From positions 186,001 to 250,000 of the forward strand of contig BROI01000010.1 in NCBI GenBank assembly GCA_027923505.1: a stretch of 64,000 nt of DNA, read 5' to 3'. Numbering within the stretch: the stretch's first letter is position 1; every line of letters starts with the position of its first letter. The notes under the pieces were generated by a model. The model did not search any database. It saw nothing but the letters and a program-made list of their open reading frames with translations, and had not been told where the DNA came from. The position numbers and the translations under genes are program-made. This DNA is from Mayamaea pseudoterrestris (Eukaryota). This document shows positions 34,723 to 46,009 of the stretch, one piece after another.

Positions 34723-35680
34723 CGCACAGCGATACAAAGAAGGTTCTATAGCTTGCGATCGTCGAGTAATGAGCAGTCGTACCAGAGTACGTATGCTAAA
34801 CAATATTGCTTATTAGATTGTCATTGGCCATTGTACTGTACGAGACCCCGGCGCGTCCCTATTAAAGCATATATCTTCACTCGAGACTATTAATATACTG
34901 CTCGCGATCCTCAATCCTGCCGTAGAGGTCATCTACATTCACCCGATATCATTTTATTGGCTCGTCGCAAGTCGTCAAGTCTCGTGCATAGTGCATAGTG
35001 CATACGTTACGTTAATGCACGCGAGAAGCTCGGCGCGAGCACCTTCCGCCGTCTTCATGCTCCATTGCGCACAAGTCCTTTACTTGAAAGTGTTATTTTC
35101 AGCAAACTCGGCTAGCAGTCAGTTTGTATATTGCGACGATCGCCTCGCGAATATTGTTGTTACTCCAAGTTCGATTATCAGCTGTTTCGTTGGTCCATTT
35201 TTTGTGAAACGCGTGACGGATCGATCACATTGACACGACTGACCTGCGCGCGATGCTCGATGCGCGATGCTTACAGATAATGATCGTCGAATGATTGACG
35301 TCTTAACAGGCTACTGGGGGATATATTGCTATATGTAAATGTCCAAGGACTACATTTGGATATCAAAATGAATCTCCCGTCTTCCCCTTCCTTGGAGCTC
35401 ATCGCGGTGGACCAGCATGCGTTTGCCATCGAACGTTGGACCGTTTCGCGTCGAGCGGCGCACGCGATTCAACGCCCAATCATGGCGCACGGCGCACCGA
35501 CAAACAATATTTCAAAGGAAAAAATGCTTCGAAAAACAAAAGACATTGCAGCAAATTACAGTCGACTCGAAAGGAATTTGCTTGCGAAGAAACTGATTCA
35601 GAATCGGCTTACACGAGATTGTCGAGAGACGCAAAAACAAAGGAACAACGCTATCTAAAGACACCAAAAGCAGGACGACT

Positions 35681-37201
35681 ATGACTACAAGAACTCGCTC
35701 CTTTCAATGCCGACCGGTGAGAAGGATATTGGTTCTTTCTCTCGTCAGTCTTTTGGCTTTACCGGTAGCTGCAGCTACAGGCGAAGGCACTGAGGAGCTC
35801 AAGCCACTGCACTCGTCCGCCGATGCATTAACTTCCAATGCAGCAGCAGCTTCATCAACCTCAACAAGTCGAGAGCTCTTCTTTGACTATCCGAATCAGC
35901 GACTTCGATCGTCTGGTCAAACAGCAGCGCAGCGGAAGAGAACCAGAAAAGCCAATCGCAACCCCACTGCAACCACAACTCAGCCAACTGAACCATCAGA
36001 CAATCAACGACAAGTATCCACTGCCGCAACAACATCCACAAAGGGCCGCCAGGGCTTGTGCGTCATTGGCTGCACACCCTACGTGGAGCTCACTCGCACC
36101 GACACTGGTGTATCCAAGTACATGGCCATGGTGGAGGAAATGGCGCAAACCTGCGACATTGTCATTCACGTGGGCGACACGAAGCCATCCGGCATGGCCT
36201 GCAACCGCAGCAACATGGTCAAGAGCGTCCAGTGGATGCGCAACGCCGCCAAGCGACATGGCGCCATTGCGTTGTACACGCCCGGTGACAATGAGTTGAA
36301 CGACTGCCACCGATCGGCCAGTGCGGGTGGACCGTATGTGCAACCGGCTGACTTTTACAAAGCGGTTGACGCGCGAGCATTCTTGGTGGACTCGCTGCAG
36401 CTTGGTGTGAATGAGGTGCGGAAGCGACGCAGCAAGGACTTGACGTTGCAGTATTTGGTGGATACGCACTTTAACTACAAGAAGGGTGAAACCGTGCCGG
36501 GTACCAACTACACGTACTCGTGCGACTTTGACAAGTATGTGGAGCTCGATCATTATGCCGTCGTAACCTTGGAAGTGCCAGGCAGTCTTTGGTACTTGGC
36601 GGACGAGACACGCAATGGATACACGTTGCAGGACGACGTGGATCCGCTCATGGATCGGTTCGGTATGTACTTGAACGCCATGGAGTGTGCCATGGATTGG
36701 ATCGAAGTGAGTGCCCTCAAGGCGTCGGACAGTGGGAAACGGGCAATCTTTTTTACCTTTCAAGGCATCTTTTACAGCAACTATGGGATGGATCCCATTT
36801 CGCAACCGAGTGGCGGTTTCTACTCGGAAGCCAAGTTCAAGCAGTACTTGAAGACGATTGCCGGCCGAACCGATATCGACAGCGCCTACGACCCATTGTT
36901 CTCCAAGCTCACGGAAGTGGCTTTGAAGTATCCAAATTTGCAGTTTACAGTCGTTCACGCTGATGGTCACCGCTATCAAACGCTACGCATGAACTCGGAT
37001 TTGAACAATCGCGGAGGCAGCCGCACCGTTTCCAACCAAAACTTGAGGGTGCACATGGTCGAAGGTGGGGCCAAGGCGTTGACCATGTGGACGCGCTTCA
37101 CGGTCGACCCGAGTGCCTTTCAACCAATGACGTTGAAGGAGGAGTGGAGCGAATCAGCCTTCAATGTTGCACCTTATGGACATTCATGGATTCCATACTA
37201 G
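35681..37201 (+). CDS. Secreted calcineurin-like metallophosphoesterase
   Basis: Signal peptide; motifs IGCTPY, HVGDTK, YTPGDNE.NDC and HADGH. Confidence 0.8.
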   Translation: MTTRTRSFQCRPVRRILVLSLVSLLALPVAAATGEGTEELKPLHSSADALTSNAAAASSTSTSRELFFDYPNQRLRSSGQTAAQRKRTRKANRNPTATTTQPTEPSDNQRQVSTAATTSTKGRQGLCVIGCTPYVELTRTDTGVSKYMAMVEEMAQTCDIVIHVGDTKPSGMACNRSNMVKSVQWMRNAAKRHGAIALYTPGDNELNDCHRSASAGGPYVQPADFYKAVDARAFLVDSLQLGVNEVRKRRSKDLTLQYLVDTHFNYKKGETVPGTNYTYSCDFDKYVELDHYAVVTLEVPGSLWYLADETRNGYTLQDDVDPLMDRFGMYLNAMECAMDWIEVSALKASDSGKRAIFFTFQGIFYSNYGMDPISQPSGGFYSEAKFKQYLKTIAGRTDIDSAYDPLFSKLTEVALKYPNLQFTVVHADGHRYQTLRMNSDLNNRGGSRTVSNQNLRVHMVEGGAKALTMWTRFTVDPSAFQPMTLKEEWSESAFNVAPYGHSWIPY

Positions 37202-37326
37202 TTTTGTGTGGCATATGAACGCCATGTCAACATCACATTCAGATATAGGGGTACCGAATGTCACTACGTAGTATATTTATCGGCGTCTTAGCAACGCTTT
37301 TTGTTAACCATTTGCTGTCACAAAAA

Positions 37327-39474
37327 TTATATTGCCTTGTCGGTCGAGTTATTTGCATCCTTGTTTTGAAAGCCTAGTGGCGTCAGAAAGGATTCGCCAT
37401 TGCGGCCACCTTCGTTGCTATTCCAACGAGCGAGCCAATTACGCAGCGGCGTCAAGTGCGTTCTCGAATTGGTGATTCTGCCTGCCATGCTGGAAAGAAT
37501 GGCGCGAAAACCAAGGCCTGGTACCAGCTTTTGCAAGGCGATTATACACGCTGCAGCAGCAAACGTAATGGTCGCTGTCGTTTTGGCGCTCCTGTTCAAC
37601 GCTGCTGCCAGTGCTTGAATACCCACATTGACCAACCAACCTGTTGCTCCAAGCCCACCGACAATGATTGCAACTTGCAAGGTTCGATCGATTCGTTTCC
37701 GTCGCGCCACCTGCGTGAATGTGTATTCCTCGCGCTGCATCATGGCAATAATGTTGGGCGTGAACAACCTTGGCGCCAGTCCATGAAAGATGGAATCCAA
37801 AATGATGGGCAGTATGAACGTGACAAACCCCAGCTTGCCGGGCCGATCCAATTCGCGCGACAGTCGCACCATGGTCTTGGCCTCGGGGGCGCGTCGCTTC
37901 GAAAACTCTGGCACCGCCACGGTCACGTCGCCACCACATTGCGTCAACACGTCCTGCAGCACCAACACATCCTCCAACGCACTGTTCGCTCCCAGTCCAA
38001 AGTACGGCTTGACGGTATGCGCGCAGTCACCAAGTATCAAACACCGCTTGCCCTGATGCAGTCGTGGACCAACGTATCGAAAGGCTGGCAGGAACGACAC
38101 TGGCTTGATTGCCACGGCGGCGGTCACTTCGTCACTCATTAATGCACTAAACTGCGGCAGCTCCTTGTCCATGCGCCCTCGCAGTTGCGTTGCACAGGTG
38201 TTTGCCTGCGCCAACGGATCGTTGGCGAGCAGCAGCAAGACGCCGCAGTAGTCGCCATTTGCATTCGCCGGCAAGGCATCCAAATTCATTTTCGAGCCCT
38301 TGGTGCGCGCGCTGTAGTTTAGGTCAAATCGCCAGTCAGATGGTAGCTTGAGTGGAATGGTCTTGTAGACGCGTTGATTGTCGTCCAAATAGCGTTTGAC
38401 CTTGATGGGTCTTGGTTGTGTTAGGCGTGCGAGTAAATTTCGCGCCCGACTCGCCTGCTCCATGGCGTTGGCAAAGGTTCGCTGCGTGCCGTCGGCGGCA
38501 ATGACGAAACCTGCCTCCAGCAGTGAGGGTGGATTGGTTTCGTCGTTGACGCTGCAGAAAATGTCGGGTGTAGTTGCCGATGACGATGGAGTCATGCTTC
38601 GATCAACGTTGTTATCACTTGCTGCTACACACTTTGTCACTTGCAGCAACACACTCTCCCCATTCTTATAATCAAATTCAATCGGTTCCACTTGACATCC
38701 GTAATGAATGACTACCTGTTGTGAGTATTGCGTTTGAATCACTTGCTGCAGTATCCCCACCAGTTTTTCGCGCGGCAAGACTTGCGCCGTCGTCTTCTTG
38801 TCGCGCTTGGTAAAGACCCGCTCCACTCCCTCGCTGGCACCCGGCGGCCAATCCTTGCGACCCACCACGGCCACGCAATGTTGCTTGACTTGGTTCCACA
38901 CTCCCAACTGCTGCAGTGCCAATTGCCCGCGACCGCCCAAGCCAATCAAGTAGTACTTGGCAGCGTCCGCGTTCCAGGCGTCAAAGTCGTCCGGTGAGGG
39001 AGCCGCGTGGGGCTGGCGGTCGTAGACGTGAATGGCATGAGTATTTGATGTTGGTGAAGATGATAAAGTAGTAGAAGATGAGCTGCTTGAGCTTGATGAT
39101 GCTGTATGCCTTTCGTTTCTTCCTCCTCCACCATCTTGTTGCTGCGCCAGCATGATGGCCGTCAAGAGTCCAGCGGGACCTCCACCGACAATGACGTTTC
39201 GTACAAAGGGGATTCCGTAGTCGTCTTTAGTGGCAGTGGCCGTGACATTCACAGTTACTGCAGCTGCTGCTGATGATTGTAACAGTGAACCATGACGAGT
39301 GTTTACAGTTAGTGATATTGATGAAACGAGTGGATGATTCTGTATTGCTGCTGATTGTCGTTGCAGTTTCGTTGCACCAAGTCGATGTGACGCAAAACCA
39401 TTGACGTAATGGCACAGTAGCAGTAGAAATAGCTGTTGAAACATTGCCTTCGTCGACTTGGAGAAGATTGCCAT
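37327..39474 (-). CDS. FAD-dependent monooxygenase, kynurenine 3-monooxygenase-like, probable plastid leader
   Basis: Motifs GGGPAG, AADG and GDCAHTVKPYFGLGANSALED; signal peptide ending VNG-F. The start could be 39519, 39474 or 39444. Confidence 0.85.
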   Translation of the reverse strand: MAIFSKSTKAMFQQLFLLLLCHYVNGFASHRLGATKLQRQSAAIQNHPLVSSISLTVNTRHGSLLQSSAAAAVTVNVTATATKDDYGIPFVRNVIVGGGPAGLLTAIMLAQQQDGGGGRNERHTASSSSSSSSSTTLSSSPTSNTHAIHVYDRQPHAAPSPDDFDAWNADAAKYYLIGLGGRGQLALQQLGVWNQVKQHCVAVVGRKDWPPGASEGVERVFTKRDKKTTAQVLPREKLVGILQQVIQTQYSQQVVIHYGCQVEPIEFDYKNGESVLLQVTKCVAASDNNVDRSMTPSSSATTPDIFCSVNDETNPPSLLEAGFVIAADGTQRTFANAMEQASRARNLLARLTQPRPIKVKRYLDDNQRVYKTIPLKLPSDWRFDLNYSARTKGSKMNLDALPANANGDYCGVLLLLANDPLAQANTCATQLRGRMDKELPQFSALMSDEVTAAVAIKPVSFLPAFRYVGPRLHQGKRCLILGDCAHTVKPYFGLGANSALEDVLVLQDVLTQCGGDVTVAVPEFSKRRAPEAKTMVRLSRELDRPGKLGFVTFILPIILDSIFHGLAPRLFTPNIIAMMQREEYTFTQVARRKRIDRTLQVAIIVGGLGATGWLVNVGIQALAAALNRSAKTTATITFAAAACIIALQKLVPGLGFRAILSSMAGRITNSRTHLTPLRNWLARWNSNEGGRNGESFLTPLGFQNKDANNSTDKAI

Positions 39475-39834
39475 GGTGAGTTTGTGACGATCGAAAACGG
39501 ATGCAGAATTTTGATTCATGATGCGACGTGATGACGTTTCCGTGTTAAAGCATCTTTTCGGTGAGCACCCATCGTAGTATTATCGCCGGCCGAGCCAGTA
39601 CCGGATACGTTTCTTCTTCGCGAGGCGGGCCGTCAAACTTTTGACGTCATCATTCACTTGTGTGTCTCAGTGGTTGACGGTCAAACACATGCGACACTCG
39701 TTGTACCGCTGTACTAAAGCTCGAATATGCCGCCGACGCCGTCGATCGATCGTCTCACACAAAAGACCTTTAGACAGCTTCATTGACTGTTTATGATAAG
39801 GTTGCTTTGAGTCCTGAGTTTTTTAGGCTTGGAG

Positions 39835-39890
39835 TCGGGGACAGTCCATTGGGTATAGTCCATCGGGGAAAAGTCCATTGGGTATAGTCA
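39835..39890. repeat. 2 x ~28-bp tandem repeat, possibly subterminal to the MULE remnant
   Basis: tcggggacagtccattgggtatagtcca followed by tcggggaaaagtccattgggtatagtca. Confidence 0.8.
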
Positions 39891-40636
39891 AGTCGCAATG
39901 TCGCAATCCATGCGTCGATTGCTGGTGCACACTTGTTCGAATGATTCTGGTGGTTGGGTCTGCTTGCTAGGATTAATCCTTTCCAGCTTTCTTAGATCAT
40001 TAGTCTGAATGGAGTCTACTTTGGCCTCGGCTGGACGATTCACCTATTCGAGCAAGCACTTATAAATTTGGTGGCTCTGATCGTGGATCGAGCGCAACTG
40101 GGTGTAACAGTGAATGTTGTCAGGTGTCACACAGCTGGGAGGCGTCCGGACGGTTTTGCGTGCAGTTACATAATAGCTACGAAAGTGGCTCCCGGACCTG
40201 GCGCCTCCATCTCAAGGCTTTGATACTAGTGCTTATGATTAACAATCGTGAGTCCCTTTATGGCACATCTCGCTGAACCCACGTTTTCCCTGGCGAAGAT
40301 AGATCACCTTGACGTGGTGCTGGGGCTTTCTCACTAAGAGTCTATCACAAAACGAACTTTGGACATGCGTGACTCAAGGCGGTGGCACTCGAGCTGGTGG
40401 CGGTGGACATGGTAGTGGAGCGTCACAAGGTGGCAGCATGGATAGTCCGTGGCGGAGCGTCGTAAGGTGGCGGCATTGGCGCTGTGGTGGTAAACTCATT
40501 GTCCCGCGGTGGAGCAACTCGTCCACGGTGGAGCAATGCAAAGTGGTGATGTCGGCGGAACAGAAGACACACTATGAACTTACTTGTGACTATAACAGTT
40601 ATTGTTTACGTTTGTAACTTGTTAGCCAACCTCATT

Positions 40637-42016
40637 TCAGTTCGCTAGCTCAAAATGCTGGCGAATGCGCTTGCTTTTTTGCTGCCGGGACAATGCTGCA
40701 CTTTCAGGCAAGCACTGTACCTCTGAATCACTTTGCAATCGCTTTGCAACTTGTCGTTGCCGACAAGCAGCCACCGTCTCAAATGCCTTCAATATTGCAT
40801 CGCGACCACACGCATCAGTAACAGGGTCGCCAGCTACCATATTAGACATCTGCTGCACATACGACATGGCCCACTGATACCAATTATCCTGAGGCATGCT
40901 GGAAATAACATCTAGCTCATGCCAATCTGCACTCGCTTCCTGTGTAAGGCATACCTCCTCCGAGATTCCACCGCAACCAATCTCTAGTACGTTCCCCCTC
41001 CCTTGCGGCATTGCGGTTTGCTCATTCGACGTTGTATTTTGTGTAAAACTTGACAGATCTATTTTGCCTCGTATCACCTGAGGAAAACGAGCTGTAGTGC
41101 ATGGAGTGAGTAGCTTGACGAATGTATCCTCTGATACCATGGGTCCCTCCTGCTCGTCAAGATCAAACATGCGCCGTATACACGATGTTTGACTCTCTAA
41201 TCCTGTAGCGCCAAGCTTCATGACCTCATTTAGCCATCTCCAGTGGAAATGCTCTGGCTTACTGCTTTTGATCAGGCAAAAAACGTGTAACATTTTGACG
41301 AGGGCATCCGCACCATTCCCTTTGCCTTGATTCTGTAGTTGCGTACGGCCACTAATTCTTGTGCACTGTGAGCTTAAAGGTAGTGTGATTGTTCGTTCAA
41401 GTAGTAGGCTACGCATGGAGCCACTTGGGACACTTGCTCGATTGCACTGCTGCAGTAACTGCTCATCGTCACTGGCCAGCAGAGACGTGCGAAACGGCAT
41501 GAACTCTTTTGGAATCTTATCATGGAAACGATGCTCATTGCAACCACTTCCTGGCTTCATAGACCACCGACCCTTCATTTCATCCCATTGAAACGAAAAA
41601 TTGAAAGGGCACTTAGTCTCCTTGGTGACTGGCAAGGCCGTCATCGTGCGCAAGGCATCGGCTCGCTCATTCAGATTTCCATTCGTTTTCTTGTCACGTT
41701 TAGACTGACTCCTTTTATGAAGAGTTGTAGTGGTTATGCCCGATTTGTATAGTGAGGAGGATCCTGATTCGTCTGTACAACTATCGCTGTAGGCGCAGGC
41801 ACCTTTATCCTCGTACAGTCGATGACGGCGGCATGCATATGTCACTCGACCATAAGTGTTTCTTTGTACCGTCATTTCAACGCCATAATCTCTAGCAATA
41901 TTCCTTATGCATGGATATAGCTCCTTCTGGTGGTCTTTTCCAAACCGTGGTGGCAAGACGAGAGGAAATGGTTGAGCCGACTCTTTGCCAATGTACTGGA
42001 TTAAATTGATGAGCAT
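40637..42016 (-). mobile_element. Internally deleted MULE/FAR1-like transposase
   Basis: WRKY/FAR1-like C.R...TKCPFNF...W...H..H domain joined to a SWIM-tail remnant HVF...HFHWRW; no DDE core is visible. Confidence 0.65.
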
Positions 42017-42471
42017 TGAGCCATCAGCAGCCGGTATAGATCAATGACAAACTCATCAACAGTCCATCGATCTTGTCGTGCCTTAATAATTGTATTTAGT
42101 TCATACCAAGGATGTGAGCATGAAGACGATGCCATGGTGATTATGGTGTTGGCTGTGTCGGCTGTCGGCACACACAGCCATGCGGCACTAATATGGCGCG
42201 TTTCAAATTCGAACAGACATATTAAGATACCCTTATCCGGTACTGGCTCGGCCGGCGATAATACTACGATGGGTGCTCACCCTAAGAACGAGTCAACGGT
42301 ATGTCTATTGTATGTACGAGTATAAGTAAAGTAATGGGTGGCGAAACAGGATACGCACTTACTCTGACTAGATTTTTGAGTAAGCTTTGACAGTGAGCCA
42401 ATGTATGTACATTACTCGCGGCTCGGAGCTAATTGATGCGACCGGTCGCATCTGTGCGATCATGGCAACAA

Positions 42472-44559
42472 TCATGTTTCGTGCCTGTTTTCAGCTTCCG
42501 CTGCCTTGTAACTGGCGGCAATCTCCATGCCAATGCTTCGTCCCCAAAACTCGTAGCCCTGTTCGTTGGGGTGTATGCGATCGGGTGAAAACAAGCTAAT
42601 GCCAGGCTGTTTAGATATATGGTCACTCGCTGCATCAACATGTTTGTCGTAATGCTCCGCCATACCAAACGTGACTTGGTCGCAGTCTTGTCTTGACACG
42701 GCTCGCAGCGACAACAAAACATTTTCGTGTTTACCACTCTCCCACACGTCGCCCCGATGTTGCTCATAGTCCACCAATTCATCCAACTTTGGATCACTCA
42801 CAAACAAGAGTTGTTCGTCGTTTTCGTCCGCCTGCGCCAACTTGCGCTTTTTGCGGTTCATGCCATTGACAATGGGAACGGCGAACCAGCCGAGCGGCTT
42901 GCGCTGAAAGATTGGTAACGCGCGCGCTGGCATGCCGGGCAACACAAAGAGTGTGGATGGTGGAGACTGTTCCATGGTGTTATCATTATTGTCGTCATCG
43001 CCATTGTAGTCGTCTTCATTATTCTTCTCCACGCCGCTGGTACTACTGTTATTGCTAGTCGTTCTGATATCCACCGCCGACGAATTGGTCGCCGACGCCA
43101 GCAACTGCTTCTGCTTTGGCCCCGCCAGTGCCAACCACGCTCGATCCTCCAGTAGCTCGGAAACAGACGCTGTCAAGTTTTCCAGTCGCCATCGAATCAT
43201 GGTGGCAACGTCATTTGGCTGCTGCGCATTGTCATGATTCGCTGCCGGTGGTTCCAGTGACAGCAGGGCCGTCACAATGTCCGCCGACTCGCGAATACTC
43301 GCCAGCGACTCTTGGATGCGCTCCTCCATTTGTTCATTCATCCGCCGCATGCTCTCCTGCGCACTGTTGGTCAAGTATTGAATCAAATTTTGCAAGTCTT
43401 GAATCAGCCCGCCCTTTTGATCCTTGCTTTGCTTTAGCAGCTCGCGATCATCCTCCAGCAGCAAGAATGGAAGCAGCATGCTCTTCAAGTCGTTGGCGCC
43501 CGTCAAAATGACGACAATGTCGTACGTGCCAAGCGACTGCGGATCAAAGGCTGTTTGGTATTGATGCAGTTGCTTCTTATAGTGTTGCAATATATCTTCG
43601 TTGCTGCCACCATCGTTATTGCTGCTGCGAGTCACAAGCTCGCCGTCCGCCACGTAGTCGTCGTAGCCATTGCCGTTGCCACTGTCAGTGGCATTCGTAC
43701 TACTCGTTTTATTCGCCGCCATGTTTTGCGACAGCAGCTTCAAAATCCATCGCGTCGACGCTCCCGACTCGCCGTGCACCGTCCAAAACACGGGTTTTTG
43801 TGTGCGTTTGGACAGTTCGTGCGATATAAACTGCGGAAGTACGGGGGTGCACTCGCGCGACTGGCCCACGCCCACGGCCAGCGAGTCGCCAATGAGCAAG
43901 AGTTTGAGTGGAGTCGAATGCGAATCGTTGTTGTTGTATGTATAGTGGCTGCTGTCATTGCTATAGTAGCGTTCCAAGTCGACTTGCTGATCTTGATCAA
44001 TGTCATATTCACTTGTACTGCTTTGCAATTGCTGCATTTGCTGTTCTTGTTTCTGTACAATGACTAATCCATGCGCCGGCACTTGGGGGAGGGGAACATG
44101 CGCAAAGTTGCTGCGAAAGCGCGACATGGCCGTGGCGCCTTGGAGTATTGCGAGCGCTACAATCACCACTACCACCGTCGCCAGCAGTGTGACAGGCGAC
44201 GAAAGCCAATTTGAAATGAAACTTGGAATGATGATTGGAACATGGAATTGAGCGAGTAGCAACGTAGGTGATGGTGATGTTATAGATGATGATTGACTGG
44301 AGAGTGCGTACTCTTGCAGCCGAGATGAAACGGATGGTAAATGGGAAGTATCTGCGAGCTCTGCAAGCTGCTGCTGCATGACATGATTGATACAAGAGGC
44401 ATGCATAAATCGTTTGAATTGTATCTTGCGTCCATGCTTAAAGGTTGGAACGAAAAAGGAGCTTGTTTGCTTTAGCTGCAAGCAGCAGCAGAGCAGGAAT
44501 AAGCTCCTTGTTGCTATTCGTCGGTTTCGCCGCGTGCTAATTGATTGACTCGTCGTCAT
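42472..44559 (-). CDS. SGNH/GDSL hydrolase
   Basis: Blocks IGDSL, GESGA, GANDL and DRIHP; N-terminal signal and TM segment. Confidence 0.9.
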   Translation of the reverse strand: MTTSQSISTRRNRRIATRSLFLLCCCLQLKQTSSFFVPTFKHGRKIQFKRFMHASCINHVMQQQLAELADTSHLPSVSSRLQEYALSSQSSSITSPSPTLLLAQFHVPIIIPSFISNWLSSPVTLLATVVVVIVALAILQGATAMSRFRSNFAHVPLPQVPAHGLVIVQKQEQQMQQLQSSTSEYDIDQDQQVDLERYYSNDSSHYTYNNNDSHSTPLKLLLIGDSLAVGVGQSRECTPVLPQFISHELSKRTQKPVFWTVHGESGASTRWILKLLSQNMAANKTSSTNATDSGNGNGYDDYVADGELVTRSSNNDGGSNEDILQHYKKQLHQYQTAFDPQSLGTYDIVVILTGANDLKSMLLPFLLLEDDRELLKQSKDQKGGLIQDLQNLIQYLTNSAQESMRRMNEQMEERIQESLASIRESADIVTALLSLEPPAANHDNAQQPNDVATMIRWRLENLTASVSELLEDRAWLALAGPKQKQLLASATNSSAVDIRTTSNNSSTSGVEKNNEDDYNGDDDNNDNTMEQSPPSTLFVLPGMPARALPIFQRKPLGWFAVPIVNGMNRKKRKLAQADENDEQLLFVSDPKLDELVDYEQHRGDVWESGKHENVLLSLRAVSRQDCDQVTFGMAEHYDKHVDAASDHISKQPGISLFSPDRIHPNEQGYEFWGRSIGMEIAASYKAAEAENRHET

Positions 44560-45191
44560 GTTTGGAAGGTGCGACAAGTAGTAATAGTAGCTTGCCGTTG
44601 CGTTTGCTTTGAAACGTGGAGACTTTTGGCTGGATGCTCATCGCCGCCATGATGGTTTGTTTCGTCTTCGACGGCGGAACTCGACCGAACTCCGAAGGAG
44701 ATCGATCAGTGGTGCGACGCGATGTCAAAACCGATCAGACACGAACTTGAGTCGTGTCGCATCCCATGCGAGGAAGCGCGGCGCGTCACACCTCTCGTTC
44801 GAGGATGCGCTGCGGCTGACGACATCACAACCCTAAACCATGACGGAAAAGGAGAACGAAGAACAAAACAAAGGCCTCATTCGAAAGGAGAATGCAGGAA
44901 AGAACGGAAATTCGGACCGTAGCCGAGTACCAAATCCTACAGCGAAGGAACAAGCAGGAAGCGCCATCTGCCGAGATGCAGCTATGAAAGGCCTGATGTA
45001 CACGAGCTTTCCCGAACATTCGGTTCCGGCAATCAGACGGAACTTATTACGCACGACTAGATTTTAACATTCGAGCAAACAAGCTCACTCTCCGAAATAA
45101 CAAAGCTGTTACACGCATCTTGAGAGGGTCGCAAAGCATTGTAGTCAACACGGATCCGTCAACGAGAACCGAGTCCAAGCACAGAAACACC

Positions 45192-45674
45192 ATGGCCAGC
45201 AACACACCTACTGATGATGATGCTTTCGAAGAAGTACACGATATCGAAACCCATGCTCTTTTCTTTCATCAACCACCTCGTCTCCGTAGGCATTTAGCAA
45301 AACTAGAGGAAGCTAGACGTCTTCAGCCAATCACGGTCCGGACTCCAATGGAAATTGCCGAAGAAGCTGTGTTTTTCCGCAATCTTGCACCTGGCGAGTT
45401 GATGACCGAAAATCCTTTTCTAGCTGCAAGTCGCAATTCTGCGGCGCAGTCAACGCGGGACGAATCAATACTTTCGCCATGTCACATTGAAAGTTCCGAC
45501 GAGCATACTCGTCAATCGGGAGAGGCGCAAGATAACGACGCCACGGCTGTTGGTGGTGCACCGGCCGCCAGTGACAATGACTTGGTTGGTAGCGCTGACA
45601 GTTTAGAAATGAATCGTCCAAATGATTCGAGTCAGCAGACGGTCGCCGCCTCACCTTCCATTGACGATAAATGA
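45192..45674 (+). CDS. Hypothetical protein (160 aa)
   Basis: ATG ORF with protein-like composition; no motif recognised. Confidence 0.5.
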   Translation: MASNTPTDDDAFEEVHDIETHALFFHQPPRLRRHLAKLEEARRLQPITVRTPMEIAEEAVFFRNLAPGELMTENPFLAASRNSAAQSTRDESILSPCHIESSDEHTRQSGEAQDNDATAVGGAPAASDNDLVGSADSLEMNRPNDSSQQTVAASPSIDDK

Positions 45675-46009
45675 TTCATGAAAGCGGGGTTCTTCCCCGC
45701 CACAAATTGATGACGGTAGTCGTCGCGGTGCAGCAACGGATGATTATCAATATATAGTCCATGAAGTAATTATTAGCCACACCGTATGCTGGTTTATATG
45801 GTAGAATTTGTGGTCACATGTTGATATAATCACGTTAATGAATCTGCTCGTACAACCGTTCATGCACACCCATACACTAACAACAATGCAAAGCAAAGTA
45901 GCAACATTCAGTCATGTAATTCACATTGATGATGGCTTGCATTGACTCGTTATGTTACTGTACTGTATTACGCTACTGCACTAACTACATACTACACATA
46001 CCTATCTCG

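Noticed and set aside
44840..45067. 75-aa ORF upstream of the 45192 gene
   Set aside because: No motif or convincing splice link, so it cannot be supported.
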